Assembly (NCBI RefSeq): GCF_963921235.1
Contig: NC_086109.1
Coordinates: 31,374,001-31,438,000 of the forward strand
Direction: 5' to 3'
From: Mobula hypostoma
Lineage: Eukaryota
DNA: 64,000 bases
Shown here: piece by piece, positions 24,836 through 37,537 of the stretch
Layout: each line of letters opens with the position of its first letter
Numbering within the stretch: position 1 is the stretch's first letter
Made by a program: the position numbers and the translations under genes
The notes under the pieces: generated by a model
Told to the model about the DNA's origin: nothing
What the model saw: the letters and a program-made list of their open reading frames with translations, nothing else
Databases searched by the model: none

Positions 24836-25330
24836 CTCAAGTTCAAGTTTATTTTCATCTGGCGACATATATACAACCCAAGGAAACGAAGTCCCTCTGG
24901 ACCATGGTGCACTCACAAAGCATATATCACACACAGCTCATAAGCCAAAATATTACCATTAATAAGCTAATAAAATGTAACTCAAAGTACATGTTGCACG
25001 CAGCACAGGTAACAATAAGCAGTACAGTAAACTATAAACAGTTCGCTGTTCTAGTGACGAGACCTCGGTGGTGGCAGGGTATCCGTTGGTCTCACAGCAT
25101 GAGAGAAGAAGCTGTTACCCAGTCTGGCAGTCCTAGTTCAATGATGTTGTACCTCTTTTACTGATGGCAGTGGGTCAAAGAGATTGTGGGATGGGTGGTA
25201 GGGATTCTCAACAATGCTCTAGGCCCTTCATCACCAACACGCCCAATAAATGTCTCAGATAAGGGGGAGGGAGACCCCAGTGATCTGCTCGGCAGTTTTT
25301 AACTATCCTCTGTAAGGTCTTGCGATCATT
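24836..25330 (-). mobile_element. Rex1-like LINE 3' fragment
   Basis: CAAGTTCAAGTTTATT tail; - strand reads IVENPYHPSHNLFDPLPS.KR. Confidence 0.65.
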
Positions 25331-26394
25331 CCCTTCACTCCTCCTCTTTTCTCTTAATTATTAAATTGGTTTATCTGTTTATCTGTTCCCCATTCTGATA
25401 AAAGACTATCCACCTGAAACATGAACACCTGAAAAATTGTCTTTTATTCTCTCTCCACAGGTACAATCTGACCTATGGAGCATTTCTAGTAATTCTTGCT
25501 TTTATCTCAGCTTTCTATCATCAACAGTATTTTAAGTTTGTGTAATTGAGGGCTGTGAGAAGAATTTATGATTTCAGAATTAGTTTCAGAGTTTCAGACT
25601 TCTCTGGCAAACCACTGAAAAAAGAACACTCCAGACATCTGTTATGTAAAATTCAATGGTTCATTGATTAAATGTTTTTCATATTTATATTTACTTTTGA
25701 AGATATTGAGCAAAACCTGACAATATATAGTAATTTTTGGGATAAAGAGCAGAATCATTAGTATAGTCCAAATATTCAACTTGCATTCATATAACCAACT
25801 CATAGTGCACTAACTACAGTTTTGGGGCACATTTTGTAATTTTCTCTGTTGTCTTTCAGTTTCCTATTAGCACACTGCACAATTTAATTTACATTCTCCA
25901 TGGAGATGGATAATGTCGCAAAATTGACATTAATTTTAAAAGCTATAAATAAACTAGTTTTCAACATTTTTGAAACAATATAGCTTGTTTACAAACTTAT
26001 AATTGCAACATGAGATAAATATAAAGATAATGGTTTGTTAATAGAAACTTATATTGAACCATGAATATACTTCATTATTTTTTTACATTCTGTTTGGGCT
26101 GTTTGTCAGGATAACTATTCTGAGCAGAATTTCAGTCGTGTTCTGTGGGAATAGCAAAGTACAGAGTAATTGGGGTACATAGGAACAATTCCCAGGAATG
26201 CATGATAAGGTTTTATTTTTATATTTTTATACTAAGCATTGAATAATTGCAATAGACTAGCTTGGAATGGAGACAAGAAAGTATTTCATTTGCTTCATTA
26301 TTCAAAGAGGTGACATTCATCCATGTGTAATTCTAAGTATCTACATATTCATAGATGCAGCAAAGCAGACCATCCAGATTCACTTAGCCTTAAC

Positions 26395-27245
26395 TCCAAA
26401 GTTCAAAACTCAAAGTACATTTATTGTCAAAGAATGGATAAATTATATAACCTTGAGATTTGTTTGCTTACAGGCAGCCGCAAAGCAAGAAACCCAAAAG
26501 ATCAACACCCAATGTGCAGGGGAAAGGGGAAAGAAGCACAAATCATGCAAACAATAGAAACAACATTCCAAACCAAAATGAGTCCTTAGATCTGAACCCC
26601 AGAGCAGCCCAGAATAGGCCCAAAACATCAGTATCAGTCCATTGTATTAGCGGGCACAGAGGGCAGTCTTCGTATCATCTGTGTCATGGAGAGAGGAGAG
26701 AACATTGTGGAAGGGCGAGTGAAATTGGCTCTCACCTCTGATTCTGATGCCCTGTCTTCCCGTATATTGTTTAAATTGTCCAAGCAGCGTATCATATGTC
26801 ACTTTAGGGCCTGGGCACCACTGCAGTGAAAGGCTCTGGGCCTAGAACATGCCATCAGTGTCTTCCTCTGGGCCCAGGCTTTGCCACCCGGTGGCTCTCT
26901 CTAGGCCCAGATTTTTCCGCCCAGCCCAAAGCCACTCTGGGTTTCTCCAAATCAACTGGACCCCCAGACCGATCCAACCTCACACCAAGGCCATTGTACG
27001 GGCATCGGAACTCCTGTGCCCTGACATCTCTCTGAATAGCTCACTCCATTTGCGTCGATTCTGCAACGTGCCAGCACGGTTCACCCCTCGAATTTGCTTC
27101 ATCTTTGCTCGCCTCTTCATTGTTTGTGCTGATAATTTACCACAATTTACTTCAGAAAAGGTGTTATTAGTAATGTTTTTAGTTAAATTCCTTGGCTTTT
27201 GAACTACCAGTGGAGTACCGCATGCGTTCAGTGGCTCTATTTTAA
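26395..27245 (-). mobile_element. Non-autonomous LINE-like element
   Basis: CAAAGTTCAAAACTCAAAGTACATTTATT tail (AATAAA on - strand) and a GC-rich body; family not identified. Confidence 0.5.
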
Positions 27246-28079
27246 ATTGGAAGTTGCACTCCCTCCAACAAGAAGGAATTATCATACAAAACAAAAATAA
27301 TTTGTTTTAAATAACCGTTTCATTGAATGATTGCATCTTTTTCTTTATTTTGAATTTTACTTAAGAAGCAGTCTAACGAGGAGTTCATCAGATTTAAATT
27401 TGGACTATAGCATTTTCATCTGCCTGCCTGTGCAGTGACAGAGCGAGTATGTTTACTGAGAACTTCACACGGTTCCCGAAGGTTAAACACTGTCAAAATG
27501 GGAGCTGGTAAATGATTTTATTTTCTGTCACCTGAACACTGTACCACTGCCACATTATCCCAGGAGGAAGCAAGTCACATGTTCTCATCATCACCTTCAT
27601 CCTTTCGTTCATTCTTTTTGTAGGGTAGATAGATGTTTTAAAATGCTTGCACTCAGAAGCTACATTATTGGGTACAACAGTACACCAGCTGGTTTATGTA
27701 AAGACCTAATCAGTCAATCTTATGGCAGCAACTCAAAATGCATAAAATCAGGAGGTTTAGTTGTTATTCAGAACAAACATTAGGATGGGGAAGAAATATA
27801 GTCGAAGTGACTTTGACTGTGAAATGATTGTTGATGCCAGAAGGGATTGTTTTTGAATATGTCAGAAAAAACTGATCTCCTGCCTAATTTTCACGCACAA
27901 CATTCTCCACAGTTCATAGAAAATGATGTGAAAACAAATAAAAAATCCAGTGTGTAACAGTTCTGTGAGTGAAAATGCCTTTTGAATAAGAGGGGTCAGA
28001 GGAGAATGGCCAGAATAGTTCAGACTAACAGGAAGGTGACAGTAACTCAGGTGACCATACACTATGAGTGGTGTGCAGA

Positions 28080-28640
28080 AGTTCAAAGCTCAAAGTAAAA
28101 TCCCTACAAAATCACTTAAAGTCTTCCGCAACCAGAAGTCCAGTGTGAACTATGAGATTCACAATCTGCTGAGGGCCATATCAGACGCATTCAAGTCAAA
28201 ACAGTCAAGGTTAAAAAATCAAAGTAAAATTTATTATCAGAGTGCATACATGTCATATCATACATGAGATTCTTTATCCCGTGAGCATACTTAGCAAATG
28301 TATAGTAACTGTAAACAGGACCAATGGACAACAAACTCTGCAGGTCAGATATAAATAAATAGCAAGCATGAAATAACAAGATAAATGAGTGTAGCTATCC
28401 CCTTTTATTCAAGGGCCTGATGGTTGAGGGGTAGTAACTGTTCTTGAACCTAGTGGTGCATGTCCTGAGGCATTTGTACCTTCTACCTGATGGCAGCAGT
28501 GAAAAAAGAGCATGGTCTGGTTGGTGAGGATCTTTGATAATAGATGCTGCTTTCCTACAGCAGCGTTTCCTGTAGATGTGCTCAATGGCTGGGAGAGTTT
28601 TACCCGAGATGTAATGGGGTGAATCCATTACTTTTGCAGG
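28080..28640 (-). mobile_element. Rex1-like LINE 3' fragment(s)
   Basis: ORF 28395-28628 RKAASIIKDPHQPDHALFSLLPSGRRY...RFKNSYYPSTIR. Confidence 0.8.
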
Positions 28641-28649
28641 TTTTTATAG

Positions 28650-30660
28650 TCTGGTAATCAAGAAAGTTGTAAGAGCTTTAGGTATGATATCTGGAAAGCC
28701 ACCTCACAGGCAAAACGGCAATTCCCAACTGAATTTGAATCGATGAAGGAAGAATTCTCGATAGTTGTGGCAGCGCTTGCTTGGTGCCATCATCTCTTAT
28801 AAAATTAAATCAAGTGACACAGGGTTTCTCTTCAAGATGAACTCAATGCCTTCTATGATAGTAAATTGGATTATTTGTTGGCTTTGTGGAAGAAGCCAGA
28901 GAGTGGTAGTAGAGTGTTGCTGTGTGCTCAACTCGTTTTACATTTATGACTGTGTGGCTAAGCACAACTTCAAAGACATATTCAAGATTGCTGATGGCCC
29001 CACAGTCAAGGGCTGAATAAAAGATGGTGAGGAATCATCATATTGAAAATCCGGCTTAGTGGTACCATAACAACAATCTCTCACTCAATGTCAACAAGAA
29101 CATAAATCTGATATTGACTTCAGGAAGAGGAAACCAGAGGTCCATGAGTTAGTCCTCATCGGAGGATCAGAGGTGGAGAGGGTCAGCAGCTTTAAAATCC
29201 TCAGTGTTATCATTTCCGAGGACTTCTTTTGGGCCCAGCACGTAAGGGCAATTACAATGAAAGTATGCAGCATCTCTACTTCCTTAGGAGCTTGAGAAGA
29301 TTCAGTTTGACGTTTAAAACTTTGACAAACTTCTCTAAATGAGTAGTGGAGAGCATACTGACTGGCTGTATGACAGCCTAAAATAGAAACACCAATGCCC
29401 TTGAACAGAAAATCTGCCAAAAAGTTATGGATTCAGCCCAGTCCATCACAGGGAAAGCCTTCTCCACTTTGAGCACATCTACATGAAGTGTTTTCACAGG
29501 AAAGCAGCATCTATCATCAGTGTCCCCAACCACCCAGGTCATGCTCTCTTCTCACTGCTGCCACCTGGAGGAAGGTACAGAAACCTCAGGACTCACACTT
29601 CCAGGATTGGGATCAGTTATCACCCCTCAACCATCAGGCTGCTGAACCAACTTCACTTGGCCCAACATCAAAATCTACCCACAACCAATGGAATCATTTT
29701 CAAAGACTCTTCACCTCACATTCTCAATATTTATTGCTTAGTTATTTATTTAGTAGAGGCTCCATAAAGCAGTGTGCTGAGGACGCAAGCCCTGTAGACT
29801 GCAACTTTGGTGTGCGTCGCTCCAGCGAGACCTGGAGTCTCTACTACAGACAAGAGTGGCGTCTCAACGCTTTCCACCTTCTCAGCCCGAGACGCATCCT
29901 GGACATCTTGTGGACTGACCGAGTCACCAACAATGAGGTCCTGGCCTGCGCCCAGATACCCAGCCTCTTCACCCTGCCCCAACAACGCCGTCTCCACTGG
30001 CTGGGCCACGTACACCGCATGTCAGACGGGAGGATCCCGAAAGACCTGCTGTATGAGGAACTGGCCTCCGGCAAGAGAGCACAAGGGTGGCCCCATCTTT
30101 GTTTCAAAGACGTTTGCAAGAGAGACATGAAGTCACTGAAAACGAATGTCGAGAGGTGGGAAGACATCACAAGCGATTGCTCTCACTGGAGGCTGGAACT
30201 ACGCTGTGGTCTAAAAAGAGGAGAAGAGAAGCTGAGGCTTGCTGCTGAAGAAAAGAGCACTCGTTGGAAAAACAGCACCAAGACAACACTGGAGGACAGC
30301 GCCTTCAAGTGCAGTCACTGCAGCCGAGACTGTCACTCCCGTGTGGGCCTCTACAGCCACAACAGACACTGCTCTAACACAGACTGAAGCAAGACTTTCC
30401 AGGCGCAGATCCATGGTCTCACGAGACTAACGGATGCCACCAGTTATTTATTTATTATTATTATTTATTTGTTTTTGTATTTGCACAGTTTGTTGTCTTT
30501 TGCATACTAGTTGAACACCTAAGTAGGTGCAGTCTTTCATTAATTCAATTATGGTTATTGTTCTATTATGGATTTAGTGAATATGTCTGCAAGAAAATGT
30601 CAGTGTTGTTTATGGTGATGTATATGTACTTTGATAATATATTTATTTTGAACTTTAACT
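28650..30660 (+). mobile_element. Rex1/Babar LINE RT C-terminal fragment and 3' UTR, interrupted by an RTE insertion
   Basis: YDCVAKH..IFKIADG, IDFRK, KAASIISVPNHPGHALFSLLPPGGRY; the 3' UTR resumes at 30455. Confidence 0.8.
29753..30441 (+). mobile_element. RTE-clade LINE 3' fragment with an inverted 5' segment
   Basis: SETWSLY..RLNAFH..RRLHWLGHVHRMSDGRIPKDLLY; C-terminal CSHCSRDCHSRVGLYSH. 13-bp TSD AGTTATTTATTTA at 29740-29752 and 30442-30454. Confidence 0.92.
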
Positions 30661-30815
30661 TGAGTATATATGTCATCATATACAATCCTGATGCTTATGG
30701 GCATTCACAGTAAATACAAAGAAACAATAGAATCAATGAAAAGTTACTCCCAATAAGATAGACAAACCAGCCAATGTGGAAAACACAACAAATTGTGCAA
30801 GTATGACAATAAAGT

Positions 30816-30846
30816 AATTAATAATAATAATAATAATAATTAATAA
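30816..30846. repeat. (TAA)n microsatellite within a Rex-like 3' UTR on the - strand
   Basis: Visible tandem TAA repeats. Confidence 0.8.
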
Positions 30847-31859
30847 GCAATAAATATTGGGAACATCAGATGAAGAGTCTTTGAAAGTGAGTCCATAGGT
30901 GTGGGAACAGTTTGGTGATGGGGTTAGTGAAGTTATCTCCTCTGGTTCAAGAGAAGATATGTTCATCACCAATCTCTTATGCACTTTATCACAGTGGACA
31001 TAAGTGCTACTGGACAATAGTCACTGAGGCAGATTACCATATCCTTCTTAGGCACAGGTATAACTGAACATCTCTGAATGCACAACACATTGAACCTTGA
31101 AGTGGGCGGGCTACAGCAACAGAAGACCACAGGCTTACACTCAGTGGCCAGTTTGCTAGGTACAGGACACACCTAATAATGTGGTCACTGGGTGTATTTG
31201 TGTATGGCACAAACAGGCAACATTTTAAAGGGGCAGCTATAGAGAATCTTCAAGTGAAACATCAAGAAACATTTTTAGCATTGTACAATGTAAAATCCTA
31301 TTAGATTATTTCACAACGATCCTGTACACTAATAGCTTTTTTTTTAAATTGGAATTTGTTTCATTATTTAGATTTACATAAGCTATTTGGTTAGATTCTA
31401 TGAAAGAAAGAAAGGGGCATTATCTACAAAGTGTACTTTATCTACCTTCCCCCCCAAGACTTCTTGCCTGCAACCCCTATTCCTTCTATCACCTAGAAGA
31501 AAAATGACAACAGGTATTTGGAAATGGTAAGTATCTATCTACAAGTTCTTCTTGAAAACACACAACCACCTCATTTGGAAAAAAAATCAATATTCCTTCA
31601 TCATCGTGGCTTTAAATCTTAGAAGTGTGATGCAGCAGCTTTATGGGAATGGCAAAGTTGATTCCAGATATCAGAATTTGGGAGGGAAGACTAAATAGTT
31701 TGGGCCTCTTCTCCATGGAGTTCAGAGAGGTAATCAGAAGATTATGAGATTATGGGGTAGCTTGACAAAGTAAATCTTGCGAGCTTTTACCTTCTGTTGA
31801 GGACAAAATAATTAGCTTTACTTGTCACATGTATATCAAAATATACAGTGAAATGTGGC

Positions 31860-32105
31860 ATCTGTGTCAAAACAAATCAGTGGGGATTGTGCTGAGGCAG
31901 CCTGCAAGTGTTACCATGCCTCTGATTCCAATATGGCATGCACACAACTTACCGGCCCTAACCATCTTTGGAATGTGTGAACAAACCGGAAAACCCATGT
32001 GGTCACAGGGAGAACATACAAACTTCATACAGACAGTGGTGGGAATTGAATCCAATCAGTGATCACAGGCAATACTACTCCACTAACCACTACACCACCA
32101 TGGCA
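31860..32105 (-). mobile_element. V-SINE/HE1-like tRNA-derived SINE
   Basis: - strand box B-like GGATTCAATTCC followed by CTGTCTGTATGAAGTTTGTATGTTCTCCCTGTGACCACATGGGTTTTCC, resembling a V domain. Confidence 0.65.
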
Positions 32106-32191
32106 TCCCATACTGTTGAAAAGAATGAAGGTTCATAACTTCAGAGTAAATCATCTCCTATCTAATACTGAAATAAAGATTTTTTTTTCAA

Positions 32192-32472
32192 AGGGCCAGA
32201 GGCTTTTTCCCAGGGCTGAAATGGCTAACACGAGAGGACATAGTTTTAAGGTGCTTGGAAGCAGGTACAGGGAGGATGTTAGAGGTAAGTTTTTCACACA
32301 CAGCGTGGATACAATAGGGTCTTTTAAGAGACTCTTAGATAGGTACATGGAGCTTAGGAAAATAAAGGGCTATGCGGTAGGGAAATTCCAGGCAGTTTCT
32401 GGAGTAGGTTGCGTGGTTGGCATAACATTGTGGGCCAAAGGTCCTGAAATGCGCTGTAGATCTCTATGTTCT
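32192..32472 (+). mobile_element. CR1 3' fragment
   Basis: LFPRAEMANTRGHSFKVLGSRYREDVRGKFFT; same subfamily as 53185-53997. Confidence 0.85.
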
Positions 32473-33658
32473 AGCCCTAAGTACCATGGAATCAGCATCA
32501 ATCCAGGTTGATATACAGAGAAATTTATAGTTTAGTGTGATCAAGAGTTACAGGGATCAAGCAGGATGGTGGAGTTAAAGCCACCCATGATATATTGAGT
32601 ACTGGAGCAAACAAGGTGTTTTATTCTATGTTTAAACTGCATTTACCTTTTTTAAAACCAGTGTAATTGGGATAAGTACAAAAAATACTGGTGTATACAT
32701 GGGTGGAGGAGTTATGACTTGCCTAACTGAGGAAAGATGTGAACTGTTATATTAAAGAAGCAACTCAGTACAGCTTTTTTCAAATGGCAGTTGATCTTGA
32801 CAGTGATGAATTTCTTAAATTGAATCACTAAAAATAAGATGTTATAGGACCTCCAGATGTAACAAAGAGCATTGCAGTAAGCGTATTTTTGAAATGTTGT
32901 CATTGTTGTAGCCAGGATTTGTTTAAGCCTTTGTGACCTTGATTTTTCTTATTGGCTCCAATTGATTCCTGCTTTTGCTCTGGTGAAAGAAGCTGGCAAC
33001 AACATTGATATGGATGTCAAAGGAGTACCCAGATGTTTTTACTAAGGGAAGCTTTCACCCATTTCTTACAAGTCTAAGAAAGCCAAGGAAATCTGGGCTA
33101 ATTATGTTGATGGATCCAGCTTCCCCAGATCGGGAAGGAACTAATACAAAACTCCAGTCCAGCACACCCAGCGAGATGAGTCACTGCTTTCTAATATATT
33201 ACATGGACCCAAAGGAACATGATAGGTCCAGTGTACTCAAGTTTCAGGTTCAAGTTTAACTATCATTCAAGTATACATGAATATAGCCAAATGAAGGCGT
33301 TCCTCCATGGTCAAGATGCAAAACGCATTGCCAACAGCACACAGCACATGACACAAATAACATGATTTCAGAATAACATATAATCACAAAGAGAAAAAAA
33401 ATAAAATTATAGACCAAGTCCCTGAGTTGTTGTTATGAGGAAACAGGTTTATGGGTTTGGTAAGTGAGACAGAAGACACTGATTATGAATAAGCACATTA
33501 ATAACTTATTTACAGACAAACAGTAAAACATCTGCCCAAACATCGAAGCCACCCTAGGTTACACAAACTACTGCTGTGCTCTGGGAGAAGTGTGGCTGGC
33601 AGCCCACGCAAACATTCCTAATGACTAGCACTATTTATTGATCTTGTTTTAAAAGCTT

Positions 33659-35883
33659 CGTGGGATCATGGTGGGATGTTCAAGTTCATTTATTGTTACA
33701 TTTGAGCTGGGGTTATACAGTTATTCACATGTGTGTTTGTGGGTCACCCTGACTGTAACTGGGATGTGTAACAATCATCTTCCCTGTCAGTACGTGACTG
33801 AGTGGTTCTCTCCTCGGGTCTTAGCACCCGGTCTGTTTCTGTGCTTGCTGCAATAAAACTGTCAGGTGTGCTGAGTGAGCTTCTCTCATCTGTCATCATG
33901 GACCAAATGCTTGCCACATTGGTGTCAGTAGTGGGATTAGAAATTGACGGCGAGATTGAAGAGCTACAAAGTCAGGTGGAGTGCCCTAAGACTCAGGAAT
34001 GAGTCAAGGGACCAAGCAGTATGCCTCCCCTGCTTCCCCAGGACAGGGTCCCGAAAATAGGGCGCCGACCAAGAGGGAGGATCAGGGAACCCAGCGTTCG
34101 GTCTTCACTGGGGACCCTAACAGTGCGAACATACCCAGGCTCCCCAACCTGAGGGACAAGGCAGACTACATCACCCACCTCCCTCGTGGCCCGCACTGGG
34201 GAACCCAAGATACCACAGCCATGGGAGGACGGGCAACATGGCAGCCACCACCGATGCCGCCGGATCGAAAGGAGGACCAATGGGTTCAGCAGTTTACACT
34301 ACAAGGTCCACCCTGATGCTCGCCAGGTACGATAGTGCCAGCCACCTGGAGCCCTACCTGGAACAAGTCAAACTTGCCCATGGCACAACACGTAGAGCCC
34401 CACCGAGATGGTGGCACTGGAGAGTGATGCCCTGCAGGTCCTTCTCCACCTAACACCGGCTGAAGGGCCCTCAGAGCAGTGTTTTGGGCAGAGGCCATCG
34501 GAGGAAGCAACGAGGGAAGAACTAGGCAGCGGGCGACTCTGTGTGGGAGCCTGGAGGAGTTTGTAACAGATCTCTGCCACCGTGCCTGGCATGGTGAACC
34601 CCAGTTTTCTCCCAGAGCCCAGGAAGAGTTTGCAACTCCACTCCTTTGTAAAGGCGCTGATGCCGGAGAACCTTCAGCAGCATGTTCGCCTGACATCAAC
34701 ATCGTCGCTGGACAAGGCGCTGGCAGAGGGCAGAAGCAATTTTAGCCCCCAAAGGCATTCCAGCATGCCATGAGCCTGGGCTTGTGTCACTGACGAGGAG
34801 AAGGAACTCATGAGGCAGGTCAGTCCAGCGCTGCACTGGCCTTGCTGCGTGCCACTAAGTGATCTCTGCTACCTATGTGGCGAGGCAGGCCATGTCACTT
34901 GGGACTGCCCTGCACCAGCGCCACGCCACAGCCCATAGGGAAATGCCGAGTAGGCGGCAGCACCTGAGACCTCTAGCAGAACCCCTCCGTTGTCGCCCCT
35001 CCGGCTGGGCCGTCTGGGTGAAGAGCAAGGCTTATACATGGAATGTGTAGTGGAGGTCGTCGTTGCTGGACATGGGATCAAGCGTCACCTTCATCCATCC
35101 AGGTGTCCTCCCCAATACGGATCAGCCATCCCTGTCTGGATGCACAATGGTGGCAGTCCAGCTGGTTATGGTCACTGGTGACTGTGTGGTGATGAGAAGG
35201 AAGAGGTGGCTACACACCACGGGGTGGGGGGGAACACTGTGGAGTATGAGATGGGGCTAGCTGACATCTGGGAATCCTGCAATATTGGGCTGGACTTGCT
35301 GTCCCGCTGGGGAGCCTGTGTGGACATGCCAGGGAAAACACTCTACCCCGGCACTGAAGCCATGGCTCTCCAGCAGGGCAGCTCCAGAAAGCAGACCTGG
35401 TAGTCCCAGCAACAATCACCACTGGTCTTTCAGTGGCCCCTGGCAGGGCAGTACGCCCTGTGGCGGCCCAACACAACACGGCGGAACCAGGGGCAAACGG
35501 CGGTGGCAGCGCTTCAGGTGGCTGCTGGCAGCAAGGTAGACGTCCCCACCATTGACCAGGAACTCCACAACAATCAGGTGAGCGATCCCATGCTGGCCCA
35601 CGTGATGTGATGGCTGAGTGTGGGACATTGGCAGGAGTGGGCAGAAGTCTCTGCCCTGGATCCAGAGACAAAAGCCCTACACTCTCAGAGGGGCACAGTG
35701 GAGATGTGCGACAGGTTGCTGTTCCATCGGTGGCAGCTTTCCAATGATGACAGACATCTCCTGCAGCTGGTTCTCTCCTTGGGTCTTAGTGCATGGTGTG
35801 TTTTTGTGCTTGACACAATAAAACTGACAGTGGAACTAAGTGAGCTTCTCACGTCTGTCATCATGGACCAAGTGCTTGTCAGA
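33659..35883 (+). mobile_element. Internally deleted Gypsy LTR element: 5' LTR (33659-33918), PBS, gag with CCHC, protease, partial 3' LTR (35768-35883)
   Basis: LTR repeat TGGTTCTCTCCT.GGGTCTTAG...AATAAAACTG...GTCATCATGGACCAA in both ends. PBS TGGTGTCAGTAGTGGGAT (33920-33937). CYLCGEAGHVTWDC; LDMGSSVTFI. No RT motifs seen. Confidence 0.85.
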
Positions 35884-36829
35884 ATACTAAACATTCAGTA
35901 ACACTTCAAACTCAACAGGTACTTCATTAAGTCTCCTCAAGTTACACAACTACAAAACATTTAACAAACAGATTCTTAGCTAAGAGTGCACATGGGCCCT
36001 CCTATAACTGAAGCTTACTTTCTCAACTGTTCTTAGCACTGGACGCAACCTCAGTGTGAAGATGAATGCCCAGAGACAAAGGAAAGCCCCTGAGTCACCT
36101 GAAATTGGACACCAGCACTGTGGCACACACAGCAACCAATGGGAAAGAGTTGCTGCATCCTTCGAGTGGCCAACTGGTGACTGGCACGGCAGAATGGTTT
36201 TTGAGCGCCAAGTAAACTAACCTTTCACATTAGAGTTGTTCTGCAACTTGCACTTCCACTCAGCGAACACCAGAGGGCAGCATGACGGGAGAAGTCAGCC
36301 ACCAATCCAGTATGAAATCCAGCTGTACACAGCCAGCTCTGGTGTCTCCTTCGCCGGCACCTGCAACAGGCCACTCCGAGCCATGAGGGCCTTGTCCACA
36401 CAACAACTGAGGCAATGCAGCTCCTCCACCATCGGTCTTTCCAATGAACGAGTGAACCGAACCTGACTTACACTATTCTATGTTACCAAAGTTCAACAGG
36501 GTCTTGAGATCGCAATAAATACTTCAAGACAGTCACTCATTTCGTTTGTTGGACCATGCATTTTCTTGGCACAATGGTATGCAACAGCTCCAGGTCCATC
36601 ACTATTGAGCAACTCGTTGATGGGATAATCCTGCGGTACTTGATGCTGTTAGTATCCAGCAATGACTTGCAATTGTAAAAGAGATGTACAAGATAAACAA
36701 ATACACCTTTGAATGGTCCTGGAGTGGCTGCCGCAGCAAGCGCACTGCTGTCTCACCGGAAGCAACAGCTCTTCAGTTGTTTACTCTTTAATGATATTAT
36801 GGCTGATCTGTGAGCTAGGACAACATATT

Positions 36830-37222
36830 CATCTGTTTCCCTTACTTTTCCATCACCTGCCCATCACTTCCCTTTAGTGCCCTCCTCCTTCCTATTCTCC
36901 CATGGTTCACTCTCCTCTCCTATCAGATTCTTTCTTTACCTTTTCCACCTATCACTTCCCAGGTTCTCACGTGATCCCCTCCCCATCCACTGACATTTTC
37001 CCTCACCTAATTTCACCTGTCATCAGCCAGATTGTGCTCCTTACCCTCCTCCCATTTTCTTGTTCTGGCTTCTTCCACTTCCCTTTCAACACTCACTGAA
37101 GGGCCTTGGACCAAAACATCGACTATTTACTCTTCTCCATAGATGCTGCCTAACCTGCTGAGTTCTATAGAATTTTGTGTGTTTCTCTACACACCCAGCA
37201 TCTGCAGAATCTCTTGTGTTTC
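36830..37222 (+). mobile_element. Older Penelope-related 3' end / SINE-like fragment
   Basis: Pyrimidine-rich 3' UTR like 15600-15900, then a decayed GAAGGGCCTTGGACCAAAACATCGACT and CCTGCTGAGTTC arm. Confidence 0.6.
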
Positions 37223-37270
37223 CAACCACTTCCATGTCACTTTTAATATCCTTGTAGAACAATATATTCA

Positions 37271-37535
37271 CAGTGCTGTGCAAAAGTGTAAGACAAATGA
37301 AAAAAAATTCAGTAAAACAAAGATGCTTTCAAAATCATGAAATAAAAGTTTTCTAAAAATCAAAAAAATACTATAAAGAGCAGTAGACAGTAAAAAAAAA
37401 CAAACCAAATCAATATTTGGTGTGACTGCCTTTTGCGTTTAAAACTTCATCAATTCTTGTATGTACGCTATCATGCAGTTTATAAGAAAATTGGCTGGCA
37501 AGTTGTTCCAAGCGTCTTGGAGAGCTTACTACAAA
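37271..37535. mobile_element. Tc1-like DNA transposon end fragment
   Basis: Begins CAGTGCTGTGCAAAAGT (Tc1-type terminus) and includes AATATTTGGTGTGAC..CCTTT. Confidence 0.55.
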
Positions 37536-37537
37536 TC

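Noticed and set aside
29488..30387. Longest ORF (299 aa) as a host gene
   Set aside because: Chimeric read-through of an off-frame Rex 3' region, the inverted RTE piece and the RTE C-terminus; bounded internally by a TSD.
31497..31532. Micro-exon with strong donor ATG|GTAAGT
   Set aside because: The surrounding sequence resembles an old CR1/L2-type 3' end; probably a chance splice motif.
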